Origin: the human T2T-CHM13v2.0 reference genome, Homo sapiens
Direction: 5' to 3' (one strand)
DNA length: 64,000 nucleotides
NCBI RefSeq assembly: GCF_009914755.1
Contig: NC_060927.1
Shown here: one piece after another, positions 42,211 through 64,000 of the stretch
Layout of the letters: each line of letters opens with the position of its first letter
How positions within the stretch are numbered: position 1 is the first letter of the stretch
The notes under the pieces: generated by a model
What the model was told of the DNA's origin: nothing
Database searches by the model: none
What the model saw: only the letters and a program-made list of their open reading frames with translations
Translations under genes and position numbers: made by a program

Positions 42211-44551
42211 TGTATTAGTCTGTTTTTATGCTGCTAATAAAGACATACCTGAGACTGGGTAATTTATAAAGAAAAGGAGATTTAATGGACTCAGTTACAC
42301 GTAGTTGAAGAGGCCTCACAGGTATAACAGAAAGTGAAGGAGAAGCTAAGTCACATCTTATGTGGTGGCAGGCAAGAGACCATGTGTAGGGGAACTCCCC
42401 TTCATAAAACCTTTGAATCTCATGAGACTTATTCAATATCACTAGAACAGCATGATAAAGGCCAACCCCCAGGATTCAATTACCTCCCACCAGGTCATAA
42501 CCATGACATGTAGGGATTATGGGAACTACAATTTAAGATGAGATTTGGGTGGGGAAACAGCCTAACCATATTATTCCTCCCCTGCCCCCTCCTAAATCTC
42601 ATATCCTCACATTTCAAAACCAATCACGCCTTCCTGACAGTCCCTCAAAGTCTTAACTCATTTCAACATTGACTCAAAAGCCCACAGTCCATGTCTCATC
42701 TGAGGCAGGGCCAGTCACTTCTGCCTATGAGCCTGTAAAATCAAAAGCAAGTTCGTTACTTTCTAGACACAATAGGGGTACAGGCGTTTGGTAAATACAC
42801 CCCTTCCAAATGGGAGAAATTGGTCAAAACAAAAGGGCTAAAGGCCTCATGCAAGTCCAAAATCCAGCAGGGCAGTCATATCTGAAAGCTCCAAAATGAT
42901 CTCCTTTGACTCCATGTCTTACATCCAGGTCACGCTGATGCAGTAGTTGGGCTCCCATGGTCTTGGCCAGCTCTGCTCCTGTGGCTTTGCAGGGTAAAGC
43001 TCTTTCCCTGGCTGCTTTCATGTGCTGGTGTTAAGTGTCTACAGCTTTTCCAGGCACACAGTGCAAGCTGTCAGTGGATATACTATTCTGGGGTCTGGAA
43101 GACAGTGGTCCTCTTCACACAGCTTTACTAGGCAGTGCCTCCAGACTCTGTGTGGGGGCTCCCACTGCACAGTTCCCTTCTGCACTGCCCTAGCAGAGGT
43201 TCTCCATGAGGGTTCTGCCCCTGCAGCACACCTCTACCTGAACATCCAAGCATTTCCATACACCCTTTGAAATCTAGGTGGAGGTTTCCAAACCTCAATT
43301 CTTGACTTCAGTGCACCCACAGGCCCAATACCACATGTAAGCCACCAAGGCTTGAGGCTTGCACCCTCTGAAACTATGGCCTGAGCTGTAACTTGGCTTC
43401 TTTTAGCCACAGCTGGAGCACCTGGAACACAGGGCACTGAGTCCCTAGGCTGCACAGACCAGAGGGGCCCTGGGCCCAGCCCATGAAACCATTTTTTCCT
43501 CCTAGGCTTCCAGGCCCATGATGGGAAGGGCTGATGTGAAGGTCTTTGACATGTCCTGGAGATATTTTCCCCATTGTTTTGGTGATTAACATTTGGCTCC
43601 TCATTACTTGTTCAAATTTCTGCACCCTCTTGAATTTGTTCTCAGAAAATGAGTTTTTCTTTTCTATTGCATTGTCAGGCTGCAAATTTTTTGAACTTTT
43701 ATATTCTGTTTCCCTTTCAAACATAAGTTCCAATTCTAAAATGTGTCTTTGTGAAAACATAAAACTGAATGCTTTTGACAGTGCCCAAGTCACCTCTTGA
43801 ATGCTTTGCTGCTTAGAAATTTCTTCTGCCAGATACCCTAAATTATCTCTCTCCAGCTCAAAGTTCCATAAATCTCTAGGGTAGGGGAAAAATGTCATCA
43901 GTCTCTTTGCTAAAACACAGCAAGAGTCACCTTTTATTCCAGTTCCCACCAAGTTACTTATCCCCATCTGAGACCACCTCAACCTGGACTTCATTGTCCA
44001 TATCACTATCAGCATTTTGGTTAAAAACATTCAACAAGTCTCCAGGAAGTTCCAAATTTTCCCACATCTTTCTATTCTCTTCTGAGTCCTCCAAACTGTT
44101 CCAATCTCTGCTTGTCACCCAGCTCCAAAGTCACTTCCACATTTTCAGGTATCTTTGCAGCAGAACCCCACTCCCTGGCACTAATTTACTGTACTAGTTC
44201 GTTTTCACACTGCTAATAAAGACATACCCAAGAGTGGATAATTTATAAAGAAAAAGAGGTTTAATGGACTCACAGTTCCACATGTTTGTGGGGAGGCCTC
44301 ACAATCATGGCAGAAGGTGAAGGAGGAGCTAAGTCACATCTTACATAGTGGCAGGCAAGAGACCATGTGCAGGGGAACTGTCCTTTATAAAAACATCAGA
44401 TCTCGTGAAATTTATTTACTATCACTAGAACAGCATGGGAAAGACCCATCCCCAGGATTACCTCCCACCAGGCCCCTCCCATAACAGGTGAGAATTATGA
44501 GAGCTACAATTCGAGATGAGATTTGGGTGGGGACACAGCCAAACCATATCA
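42211..44551 (-). mobile_element. Complete THE1B/C-like MaLR provirus: LTR 42211-42573, internal 42574-44189, LTR 44190-44551
   Basis: Two ~360-bp THE1 LTRs around a ~1.6-kb internal region; TSD AATAT/AGTAT (4 of 5 match). Confidence 0.9.
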
Positions 44552-44926
44552 AGTATCATTCCTGGATCACATCCATCAGATAACTTTTTTACTTTATTTC
44601 AAGAACTGGCTGATATTTTCACCCATCCCTTATGGCACATGGCAGTCCTAAATCAAACCTTCTTCTGTTAGGAAAGAAGATGAAGAAAAACAGATATTAG
44701 ATAGTTAACTAGCATTGTCTGCCAAATTTAATGAGAGGAATATAAAAGTCTAGAGCAACCCAAAATGGAAAGCACACAGAGGCAAACAGGGCCAAGGTTC
44801 CTCCAACTTCAAACAAGTTCTGATGATATTGTGTAAAATTCTGGCTCCTGTGTGATGGTGAGATCTATCCTGAAATTTTTGGAATATAGATAAAAATAAT
44901 TCAGATAAGCCCTCAACCTAGTCTGA

Positions 44927-44961
44927 ATGTGTGTGTGTGTATGTGTGTGTGTGTGTGTGTG

Positions 44962-44962
<1 letters not shown>
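44927..44962. repeat. (TG)n microsatellite
   Basis: Directly visible. Confidence 0.95.
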
Positions 44963-45627
<665 letters not shown>

Positions 45628-46099
45628 GTGTGTGTGTCTTTTTGCAAATGAAAAGGCCTAAAAACCAGAGGTGGACCCGCTTTGACACTTCTGGCTACCT
45701 GAGAGTGGCATCATACCATAGGGGAGATGCTCATGAGAAAACGACAACAGATTAAAATTTAAATTGCCTATTCCTTAATCTGTTCATTACCATAACTCAT
45801 TATTCTACTTTCTTCTTTAAACTACACACCAAACTTTGGCAACAAGCTTACCTAGGAAAAGTTTTCAGGTTTAAATAAAAAAACACAAAGCAAAATATAA
45901 TGGGCCCTAGTCAAATACATTGAAAATGTGAAAATGGGCTTAGCACATGAAAGATATTTTGCAAACCATACTGGAAACCTCCTAAAGAGATTATAGCATA
46001 AAATAAGTGAAATATGTAGTTAAGTGAATTGTAGTTAAGTGAAATTTGTAGTTTGTATTATATCAAATAAATGGAAAACAAATTATCTCTAAGAACTAA

Positions 46100-46589
46100 T
46101 GTAGCAGGACAAGCCACAGACAAAACCTCTCAGACACTGAGTTGTAGAAGGAAGGGCTTTATTCAGTTGGGAGCATCAGCAAGCTACTGCCTTAAAATCC
46201 AAGCTCTCCAAGTGCAAAATTTATGTCCCTTTTAAGGGCTCACAACACTAAAGATTTCACATGAAAGGGTCGTGATTGATTTGAGCAAGCAAGGGGTACG
46301 TGACAGGGGCTGCATGCACCAGTGGTCAGAGAGAAACAGTACAGGGTGGGAGTTTCACAATGTTCTTCTATACAATGTCTGAAATCTATGAATAACATCG
46401 GTTTCTAAGTCATGAGTTGATTTTTAACCACTACGTTTAGGCCAGGCAGGCCCAGGTCCAGTTTTGGGCCTGGAGCCGGGCTGCCTGTCTTTGATTTCAC
46501 TTCCTTGTTATTTTTTTTTTTTTAAAGAAAAACAGATACTGAGTATAAAACAACATAAAACAATATGAGAGGGTCTCTCTCTTCCCTCA
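46100..46589 (-). mobile_element. ERV1 solo LTR, LTR15-like (HERV-E-related group)
   Basis: On - it begins TGAGGGAAGAGAGAGACCCTCTCATATTG and ends GGCTTGTCCTGCTACA, with an internal AATAAA. Flanks CTAA/GTAA form an imperfect 4-bp TSD. Family name is from recall. Confidence 0.7.
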
Positions 46590-47883
46590 GTAAGATAGCA
46601 GATTAAAGACTCAGGGAAAAGTGGGACAGTGGAAAGAAATAAAAATTTATGTGGCACACCAGTATATACATAAAAGACAAAAATAATATCATTATAAAAA
46701 TAAGTGTTTCAATGGCAACAGATTAAAAATACACTTATAAAATAGTGACATAGAAGGAAAAATTAAGGCAATGGAGCAAAGTGAAATATAAAAGAAAATG
46801 AATAAAAAATGTTTTGAAAGAAAATAATGAGTTTGAGTGAAAAAGATTATTTATGGGAGGCGGTTCCAAGATGGCTGAATAGGAACAGCTCCAGTCTACA
46901 GCTCCCAGTGTGAGCGATGCAGAAGACGGGTGATTACTACATTTCCAACTGAGGTACTGGGTTCATCCCACAGGTGCTTTTTGGACACTGGGGGCAGGAC
47001 AGTGGGGGCAGCCCACCGAGTGTGAGCTGAAGCAGGGCGAGGCATCGTCTCACCTGGGAAGCACAAGGGATTAGGGAATTCCCTTTCCTAGCCAAGGGAA
47101 GGGGTGACTGATGGCAACTGGAAAATCAGGTCACTCTCACCCTAATACTGTGCTTTTCCAATGGTCTTAGCAAAAGGCACACCAGGAGATTGTGTCCTGT
47201 GCCTGGCTCAGAGGGTCCTACACTCACAGAGCCTCACTTGTTGCTAGCACAGCAGTCTGAGATTGAACTGCAAGGTGGCAGAGAGGCTGGAGGAGGGGCG
47301 CCCGTCATTGCTGTGGCTTGAGTAGGGAAACAAAGTGACCTCGAAGCTCCAACTGGGTGGAGCCCACCACAGCTCAAGGAGACCTGTCTGCCTCTGCAGA
47401 CTCCACCTCTGCGGGCAGGGCATAGCCGAACAAAATGCAGCAGAAACCTCTGCAGAATTAAATGTCCCTGTCTGACAGATTTGAAGAGAGTAGTGGTTCT
47501 CCCAGCACAGAGTTTGAGATCTGAGAATGGACAGACTGCCTCTTCAAGTGGGTCCCTGACACCCGAGTAGCCTAACTGGGAGGTCCCCCCCAGTAGGGGC
47601 AGACTGACACCTCACATGGCTGGGTTCTCCTCTGAGACAAAACTTCCAGAAGAACGATCAGGCAGAAACATTTTCTGTTCACCAATATCCACTGTTCTGC
47701 AGCCTCCACTGCTGATACCCAGGCAAACAGGGTGTGGAGTGGACCTCCAGCAAACTCCAACAGACCTGCAGCTGAGGGTCCTGACTGTTAGAAGGAAAAC
47801 TAACAAACAGAAAGGACATCCACACCAAAACCCCATCTGTACATCACCATTATCAAAGACCAAAGGTAGATAAAACCACAAAG

Positions 47884-48896
47884 ATGGGGAAAAAACAGAG
47901 CAGAAAAGCTGAAAATTCTAAAAATCAGAGCACCTCTTCCCCTCCAAAGGAACGCAGCTCCTCGCCAGCAACGGAACAAAGCTGGATGGAGAATGACTTT
48001 GACGAGTTGAGAGAAGGCTTCAGACGATCAAACTTCTCCAAGCTGAAGGAGGAAGTTCGAACCCATGGCAAAGAAGTTAAAAACCTTAAAAAAAGATTAG
48101 ATGAATGGCTAACTAGAATAACCAGTGTAGAGAAGTCATTAAATGACCTGATGGAGCTGAAAGCCATGGCACGAGAACTACTTGATGAAGGCACAAGCCT
48201 CAGTAGCCGATTAGATCAACTGGAAGAAAGGGTATCAGTGATTGAAGATCAAATGAATGAAATGAAGCGAGAAGAGAAGTTTAGAGAAAAAAGAATAAAA
48301 GAAATGAACAAAGCCTCCAAGAAATATGGGACTATGTGAAAAGACCAAACCTATATCTGACTGGTGTACCTGAAAGTGATGGGGAGAATGGAACCAAGTT
48401 GGAAAACACTCTGCAGGATATTATCCAGGAGAACTTCCCCAACCTAGCAAGGCAAGCCAACATTCAAATTCAGGAAATACAGAGAATGCCAAAAAGATGC
48501 TCCTCGAGAAGAGCAACTCCAAGACACATAATTATCAGATTCAACAAAATTGAAATGAAGGAAAAAATGGTAAGGGCAGCCAGAAAGAAAGGTCGGGTTA
48601 CCCACAGAGGGAAACCCATCAGACTAACAGTTGATCTCTCAGCAGAAACTCTACAAGCCAGAAGAGAGTGGGGGCCAATATTCAACATTCTTGAAGAAAT
48701 GAATTTTCAACCCAGAATTTCATATCCAGCCAAACTAAGCTTCATAAGTGAAGGAGAAATAAAATCCTTTACAGACAAGCAAATACTGAGAGATTTTGTC
48801 ACCACCAGATCTGCCCTACAAGAGCTCCTGAAGGAAGTACTAAACACGGAAAGGAACAACCGGTAACAGCCAATGCAAAAAAATGCCAAATTGTAA
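47884..48896 (+). pseudogene. L1 ORF1p, disrupted
   Basis: MGKKQSRK... start. Frameshift near 48300 splits it into ORFs 47884-48339 and 48336-48866, and there is a premature TAA at 48864-48866. Confidence 0.93.
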
Positions 48897-48959
48897 AGAC
48901 CAACGATTCTAGGAAGAAATTGCATTGACTAACGAGCAAAATAACCAGCTAATATCATA

Positions 48960-52772
<3,813 letters not shown>

Positions 52773-53179
52773 ACAATGAGAACACTTGGACACAGAAAGG
52801 GGAACATCACACACCGGGGCCTGTTGTGGGGTGGGGGGAGGGGGGAGGGATAGCATTAGGAGATATACCCAATATAAATGAGGAGTTAATGGGTGCAGCA
52901 CACCAACATGGCACATGCATACATATGTAACAAACCTGCACATTGTGTACATGTACCCTAGAACTTAAAGTATAATAAAAAAAGATTATTAATATATGCA
53001 TTATTGCTGTGCCTTTTAAAGAAAGCAAAGCAAATGAAATAGAATACATGGAAGCAGAAATAAATAAAAAGGTTTTTTGAGGAGATAATTCAAAAATACA
53101 TATAAATTAAATAACCCTTTGAATATACACACTAAAGTCGTAACTGATGTTTAGAAATAAATTGATGTGGGTCAGTTAG

Positions 53180-53460
53180 CATAAGTGTACATCAGGAAAA
53201 AACTCTATGGCTCTAGGAGGAAAATTTAATATATCTATAAGTTGGAAAAAATAAGGTTGGGTTCAGAATCAGACTACAATAACACAAAAATCAGAAAACG
53301 GAGAAGCATTGTTTCAAAATCATCTGGGAAGTAATGTGTATTTCAAGAATTTTAGATCAAGCTAAACTCTTATTAACCTTGAGTTCAATAGAGAAATATA
53401 TGACTTCAGAAAACATGACCCTAATATGCCAATTTAGAGGAAATCTTTAGAAAGAGATGA
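53180..53460 (+). mobile_element. Ancient L1M ORF1-like remnant
   Basis: TTTCAAGAATTTTAGATCAAGCTAAACTC resembles the ORF1 'PRILYPAKLS' coding block. Confidence 0.45.
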
Positions 53461-53709
53461 ATAGGACAACTTGGCAAAACTAGTGAGTTTTTAAATATTT
53501 GTAAATGCCAATTAAGTTACACAACTTTCATAGGAGGTAAGAGAATACGAAACGAAAACAATCGCTATACATTTTAGTGATAAATAAATAATAAAAATAC
53601 AAATCAATAAAATTCAGGAGTTTTAGGATATAAAGAAGAGTAATGATGATACGAGGCCATGGAGACCATGGAAAACGTGGAGGAAAGAAAAAGAATATAG
53701 AGGCATCTT

Positions 53710-53950
53710 AACATAGTGGTTAAACTTCTCTCTGGTGTCTAACTGTTTTGAGTTGAAAGCCCAGCTCTGCCTTTTGTTAGCTCTGACCTTGGACTAGTTG
53801 TTTATCCTCCTTGTGCTTGCTACTTTATAACTGCATAAAGGTATGTTGGTGTTTTCCTATCTCATATGTTTGTTAGGAACATTATACAAGAGACTTAGTA
53901 TTTCCAGATTACTTACAACAGTGATTCACACATGTCAACCACTGGAAAAG
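53710..53950 (+). mobile_element. MIR
   Basis: CATAGTGGTTAA...GAGTTGAAAGCCCAGCTCTGCC...TGACCTTGGACTAGTT. Confidence 0.7.
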
Positions 53951-54858
53951 TATTCTTTAAAAACATAGTGTTTCACAGCCCTGTCTTTAATACTACCTGG
54001 ATTTAACTGCTGGATCCAAGCTTTAGAAAGGAGAGCCTAGAATTCTAGGTTTATCTTCTCCTACCCCCTTGGTTTCTCCAAAAGGAAAATAGACTTAAAT
54101 TTCCTCATCAATATGAATTATGCTTCTACACAATTTAAAATAAAGAAAGGGCTACAATAACTCTTTCTTAAACTGTATGTATCTTAAATACACTGCATAA
54201 GTGTGTTTCTGCTTTTCTGTTTTTGTTTCATAAAATTTTTAAGATATAAATATATTTGCCTTCTATTGCCTTAAAACTCCCCTCCTCCCATTTATTAGGT
54301 TCCATGTATCTTGCAGTCTCATGTAATGTTCTTCTGGATGTATTATAATTTGTTTTATCAATATCTTGTTTTGAGACCTTCAGTTTGTTTATTTGCGATT
54401 GTAAAGAATGCTCTTATGAGTAATCTTTTAGTGGTATCTTTAAACTCATTGATTCTTATTTTTATGTATATTCTTAGAAGTGGTATTGATGACTCAAAGG
54501 GGTTGTTTTATAATTTATAATTATTTTAAAAATATTACTCATAAAATTTATAGCAAGTTTTGTTTCCATCAGCACTGAGAGTTGCTGTTTATACCTCTGC
54601 TAACAACTGATAGCAACATCCATTTTAATCACTGTAAGTTTTTAAAGCATCAGTCACCTTATTGCTTAATTTTGCATATCGTTTGTTACTAGTGACAGAA
54701 TAAATGTTAAATGTAGCATTTGAGAGTCAAAGTTTTACATTCAAATCCTAAATTTTCTAAATTCTGTAAGCCTGTCCTTATGCAAGTTAATCTCACTTAG
54801 ACTCAGTTTCTTCATCTGTGAAATAGGAAAAATTCTCCTGCCTTCCTTGAAGTTTTTT

Positions 54859-57987
<3,129 letters not shown>

Positions 57988-59762
57988 CTTGAAGTTTTTT
58001 AGAGGGTTTAATGAATATATTGCATGTAGAGCTGCTCTCACATGGCATATGATTAATAATTGATGTCTATCAAAAATGTATCCTTCACATGTTTGTTAGT
58101 GACATATATTTTTAGGTAGAGCATCTTCATGTTCTTTGCATGTTTGCATTGAGTATTTGTTAAAACCCTCTTCCCTCTTTTTATTAGTAGGAGGGCTGTC
58201 GCATGCAAATTGGCCCCCAGGAGATTGGTATGCTGCTTGCCAGCTTTCAGCTTGTGGTGGCTGTCCTTGCCTTGTGGCTCCCAGAAAAGCTGCTTTAGAA
58301 AACTACTGATTCTAATGCCAAATAGTGGTTGTAATTTCCTCATTTGTGCCTAGCCTACTCTTTTCTTCTTTTTCCACAAGTCCACAATCTCTGATTTCTC
58401 CCTATAATTCAACTATAAGGCTGGCCTTGCTGTTCTCCTTTTCTCTGGTCCCATCTGTACTGTAGCTAACAGAAATTAATCCACATTCCTGTCAATGTAT
58501 GTAGTTATTTTCCAGTTTATAGTTCTAATGCACATGTCTCATTTCCAGGATTGATTCTTGAAAAACTTGTGTTCATTTTCCTACTTTACTCAAAGTTAAT
58601 ACAGGAAACATATTCAGACAATCAATATTTATAGATGTTGGCTTTGTCAACTTTTTTATGTGGATTTTTTCCCCATCTGAGAAACAATTAATATAACCTT
58701 CATTCTTCAAATGTTCTTTGTTGGCTTCCAGGTGCCTAAAAATAAGTAAAAATACGAAAAGTCATGTTTAATCTTATATCATATTTGAACCTGCTTACAT
58801 GTCTCCTGTTTGAACATTGTATTGAATGTAAATCTTTCACTGTTTTTGTTTTTCTTTGTCAGAACTAAAAAAGAATGCTCTTCTCTTTTTAGAGATTTAT
58901 TCTCTACTCAAAGTACTTCCAACCGTGGGAACAGTACATTATGAAACACAGCATGGTTTCTAACAAATTGCTAATTAAGATCTGTTACTGTATATTGGTG
59001 TGACTGGTGGGAAATAAAAGTACTGAAAATCTTATTCAGACATTAAGATTATGTTATTATATAGGTAATATAAATTATTTCTACTTAACTTTGTTTTCAT
59101 CCTTTTGGTCATATTGTTCTGGAAACTAGGTATCTTTATATAAAAGCAAAAATGAAGAACATCTTCAAATGTAGAAAAAAACTAAAAATGTAAGCTTTGG
59201 AGGAAATATGTATATATAAAAATAGTGTGTTTGCATCTCTAGAAGCTCAAAATGCTTCCCTGATCCTGCTTGCCAAATCAAAGTGCTTGTCAAAGCTAAT
59301 CATCTACCATGATCCCTCTCTATCAAGATGGAACAAGAATAACCTACTGTTAACTAGTACAATACTGTTACCCATATTTTTGCTTAATCTGTTTGAGCTT
59401 GGGTCTGTGAAAATATGTAAGAATTGTATACAGTTTCTCCACTAAAGAGGAAGATTTACTACAAGTGCATCCTTACATAATTTTTAATTCCTGTTACCAT
59501 GACCTACTTCAGTGGACCTCAAAGTTTCCTACCCTTTTCTATCTCTCAAATCTCTTGAATTCTATGCTAACTCTTCCTTTCTTATTTACTAGTTACTAAA
59601 TTAATTCAAGCACTTTACAGTCTTGCTATGTAAGTGTTACACCTGAATTAATTACAGTGTTATAACTGGGAGTTTTTATAAATGTAGAATTCCATTCTAC
59701 ATTCCAGACTGAGGCAAAATGTGCATTTTAAAGTGAAGAAAATATGCACATCAAAGGTTGAA

Positions 59763-60065
<303 letters not shown>

Positions 60066-61019
60066 ATTTGAAAAGCATTATCAATAACTGGACCCTTGTC
60101 AGCCATTTTCTCTGTAACTCCTTGTTTGATTTATGTGGTACAAAAAATTCCCTAATAATCAAATCAATTTATGCCACATATCAACTTTTCTTCTAGGCTT
60201 TCTTCAGTGTATTCCAATGTTGGCCAATGTTCCTTTCTAAAGTTTCCTTGCCTGAGTCTTCTATAGCATTTGTGAGACTTCCCCTTCTTCTTTTGGAAAT
60301 GCACCTTTGTCCCTGTTCTCTTTCTTCCAACAATAATGATAGGGACACTCCAATGTTCTGGATTCTGCCATCATTTCTTTCTTTTTTATTCCTTGATGAA
60401 ATTATATGTTTTCTTAAAACTTGAATGATTACTTTGAAGTACCTTTGACTTCCAAAGCTTTGTCTATGGCCCACATTGCATTTATCCACTCAGATATCTT
60501 TCACCTTGAATTGCTTTTTAAGCATCTTGATTTGGACATCCTCAAAATCAATGTGTTCAAACTGAACTTAGAGTTTTTCTTCCAAAACTAGAATATTTTT
60601 ATTTCTCTTAGGCTATTATGCAAAATGTCATGGTTTATTTCTCACCTGTGTAAAATCTTTAAAGTTGTGGATCAATTTAACCTATTATCACCTTTCAATT
60701 AATGTGAACCCATAAAAGAAAACAGTTTACTGTATAGGGTTACATGGCAAACCAAATTCTTGAATTTAAATGTCCATTTTGTTCTATTCTATCGAAATAC
60801 TTCTTTGGCATATGTAATGGAGTTCTATAAATCAGCATTATTATAATAATATAGAAAAAGGATAGTTGAGTAAGTGAAACAATCCTACAGAATGAAGCAT
60901 ACAAAGAATGCCAAATAGCTGTCTTAAGTGCATGCAAATTACACATACCAATATTTCTATGTTTATCTATCTGTCAGAAAAAGGAAAATTCAAAAGAAAT
61001 TATTAACAATGGCCCACCA

Positions 61020-61801
<782 letters not shown>

Positions 61802-61805
61802 CACC

Positions 61806-62228
61806 TGTGGGTACAAGAATGACTTTATTTTAAATGCTAATCCACAGACTAACCTCAGCTCTGGGAATGCCTCCAAAACGTTTAGTTGATGTATTACTCT
61901 TTATATAGGAACATCTATTCACTATCAGTTTCATCCAAAGCAACCCATGATGCTGTTGCAGAAATCATAGGCTGTGACACTCATAGCCACCTACAAATTC
62001 CTTCCAGAGCACATATATTTTTTCTCTAAGATATAAGCCCTTGGACTTGGGGGTTGTGGTACAGAGATCTACCTGATTTGAGGCTTCTCAAGACCACGCT
62101 TCTGTCTGTAAGTCCCCCCTAACAAGTCACCCTACACCCACAAACAGAATTTGTCTGCCTCCTTCTTTGGTTTCATGGTTCCTTTGGCATTTGGGGGCCT
62201 CTTTGCATGTATGGCCCTTTCACGATCA
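61806..62228 (+). mobile_element. LTR47-like ERV-L 5' LTR
   Basis: TGTGGG...AATGACTTTATTTTAAATGCTAATCC...GATATAAGCCC...GGCCCTTTCACGATCA matches recalled LTR47A; internal sequence follows. Confidence 0.7.
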
Positions 62229-64000
62229 AATAAGCAATCAAACTAGGAGGAGTCAGGAAATCAAAGTTGTGAAGGAGAAAGAAACGTCCATGAGGGAAAT
62301 CCCAAGGGGCCCTCCTCATCTGTAGGTTGCTGTGTTGCCCATTTGCTAGAAGCCTGTTAACAACCACATGAATATAGGGATGCTCTGAAAATGCCAGAGG
62401 GTCTAGAACATTTGTTAGTAAAAAGCTGTGGTGAAAAGGGTTGCCAAGTGATGGCAACAGGGAGGTGGCCATTATTACGGTTTTGTAAGCATTGGAAGCA
62501 CATGCAGTGGCTGAGATGAGTGAGTGTACAAAAGTTAGAAGAATTACAGTTAGAAACTGATATGAGGACTTCCATGTCTGCATTAGTGTTACACGCGTCC
62601 ATGTGAAGAGAACACCAAACAGGCTTTGTGTGAGCAATAAAGCTTTTTAATCACCTGGGTGCAGGCAGACTGAGTCCGAAAAAGGAGTTCACAAAGGGAG
62701 ATAGGGGTGGGGCAGTTTTATAGGATTTGGGTAGGTAGTGGAAAATTATAGTCAAAGGGGGTTGTTCTCTTGTGGGCAGGGGCGGGGGTCACAAGGTGCT
62801 TGGTGGGGAGCTTCTGACACTCATTGTCCAGGAGAAGGAATGTCACAAGTTCAATTGATCAGTTAGGGTGGGGCAGGAACAAATCACAACAGTGGAATGT
62901 CATCAGTTAATGCAGGAACTGCCTATTTTCACTTCTTTTGTGGTTCTTCAGTTGCTTCAGGTCATCTGGATGTATATGTTCAGATCACAGGGGATATGAT
63001 GGTTTAGCTTGGGCTCAGAGGCCTGACAGTGTCTTATCTGGCTGATAAGCTTGAAATTCCGGAAGCACAGCTAGAAACCCTCGCCAGCCACTGTTCACAG
63101 CTGGGAGAGAGGAATCTGCACTGGCTGAAAATGAGGGCTGTCCTTGCCAAAGCAGATTGGGATGCAAATATCTGGAAGCCTTGGGAATCACCTAGTGAAT
63201 CAGATGAAGACACAGATCTTGAAGGAGGAGGATAATTATCCTTCTCTTTTGAGAGCAAGACTACACATGCAGCAGAAAGCAAAATCCCAATGCATGTAGC
63301 CAGGCAATAAAGAACAGCCTTTCAGGAAATCTTCACTGCCTGGAAGTGCTCATCAGAAAAATTACTGGACAATGCAAAAACTTTTAAACAGTTGCCTAAA
63401 GAAAGTTTAGCCAAATGGATTGTGTGGCTATGGGAAACTGGTGAGGATGGCATTTTCCCAGCAGGAAATGAAGCTGAAAAAATGAGTAATGTAACCACTT
63501 ATGCAACTTTGAGACAATATTTGCACAGTTTTAGAACTGTCCAGGGTAATCATAGCCTGATGGACTGAATTATAGAGGCCATGAGAGAGACACGGCTAAA
63601 TGAAGGAGACTTCCCTGAGCACAGCTCGCCATGACAGTCTTTGGAAGAACTGCAGACCCCTATAAGAGTTATGCATGTGCCAGTGTATATAAGCCCAACA
63701 ATTTAAAGGACCAGATAATGCTGTGTTTACTGTAGATATGAAAAACAAATATTTACAGAATGCTTGCCAGGAACGGCACAGGCCTCTCATATTCCTCTTG
63801 ATCCCCCTTGTGGGATAAGATGTATATGATGTGGGGAAGCTATTCTTGGAGAAACTGAAAAGGGAAGAGATAAAGTCTGGCTGCTTATTTAAAGAAAAGA
63901 GGGAAAAGGAGATGCTAACTCGACTGGACTGAAAAAGGGAGATCAAGTTGAAATTACTAGGAAATAAATGTTTTTTGATCTCATTTCAGCCAAGGTAGAC
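62229..64000 (+). pseudogene. ERV-L-class internal region with a degraded gag, interrupted by an LTR7; continues past the window
   Basis: Translations KMRAVLAKADWDANIWKPWE and FKQLPKESLAKWIVWLWETG resemble HERV-L/Fv1-type gag blocks; stops and frameshifts are present. Confidence 0.65.
62587..63028 (-). mobile_element. HERV-H solo LTR (LTR7, LTR7C-like)
   Basis: On - it starts TGTCAGGCCTCTGAGCCCAAGCTAA, has the TATA CCTATAAAAC and ATTAAA, and ends GGACGCGTGTAACA. Confidence 0.9.

Noticed and set aside
43374-44030. 218-aa ORF, and the similar 198-aa (3906-4502) and 187-aa (36816-37379) ORFs
   Set aside because: Frameshifted fragments of the MaLR internal region, with homologous pieces in all three proviruses.
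47572-47881. Antisense ORFs in the L1 5' UTR as ORF0
   Set aside because: They lie at the distal end of the UTR, not where ORF0 is expected, and I cannot verify them without an alignment.

Overview
Primate (very likely human) genomic DNA with the 3' end of CADM2 (SynCAM2/Necl-3) on the + strand. Bases 1-19439 are intronic. The transmembrane exon is at 19440-19565 and the terminal coding exon at 20506-20624 (ending ...EEKKEYFI*). A roughly 7-7.7 kb AT-rich 3' UTR follows, free of recognisable interspersed repeats and carrying several candidate poly(A) signals. The flanks are rich in transposons: three MaLR proviruses (MST, THE1D-like, THE1B/C-like), a full-length but inactivated L1PA4-like element, an older 5'-truncated L1PA, a twin-primed inverted L1, about ten Alus, ERV solo LTRs (LTR15-like, LTR7C-like) and an ERV-L (LTR47-like) gag remnant running off the right edge. 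Nearly all ORFs in the supplied track are transposon debris or chance ORFs. I found no convincing previously undescribed biological system. The best leads are mechanistic scars and possible regulatory elements: a chimeric MST/THE1 LTR, a tailless Alu with TSDs, a templated insertion, and an intact DUX4 site in an LTR facing CADM2 antisense. Repeat family names come from my recall of consensus sequences, not from a database search.
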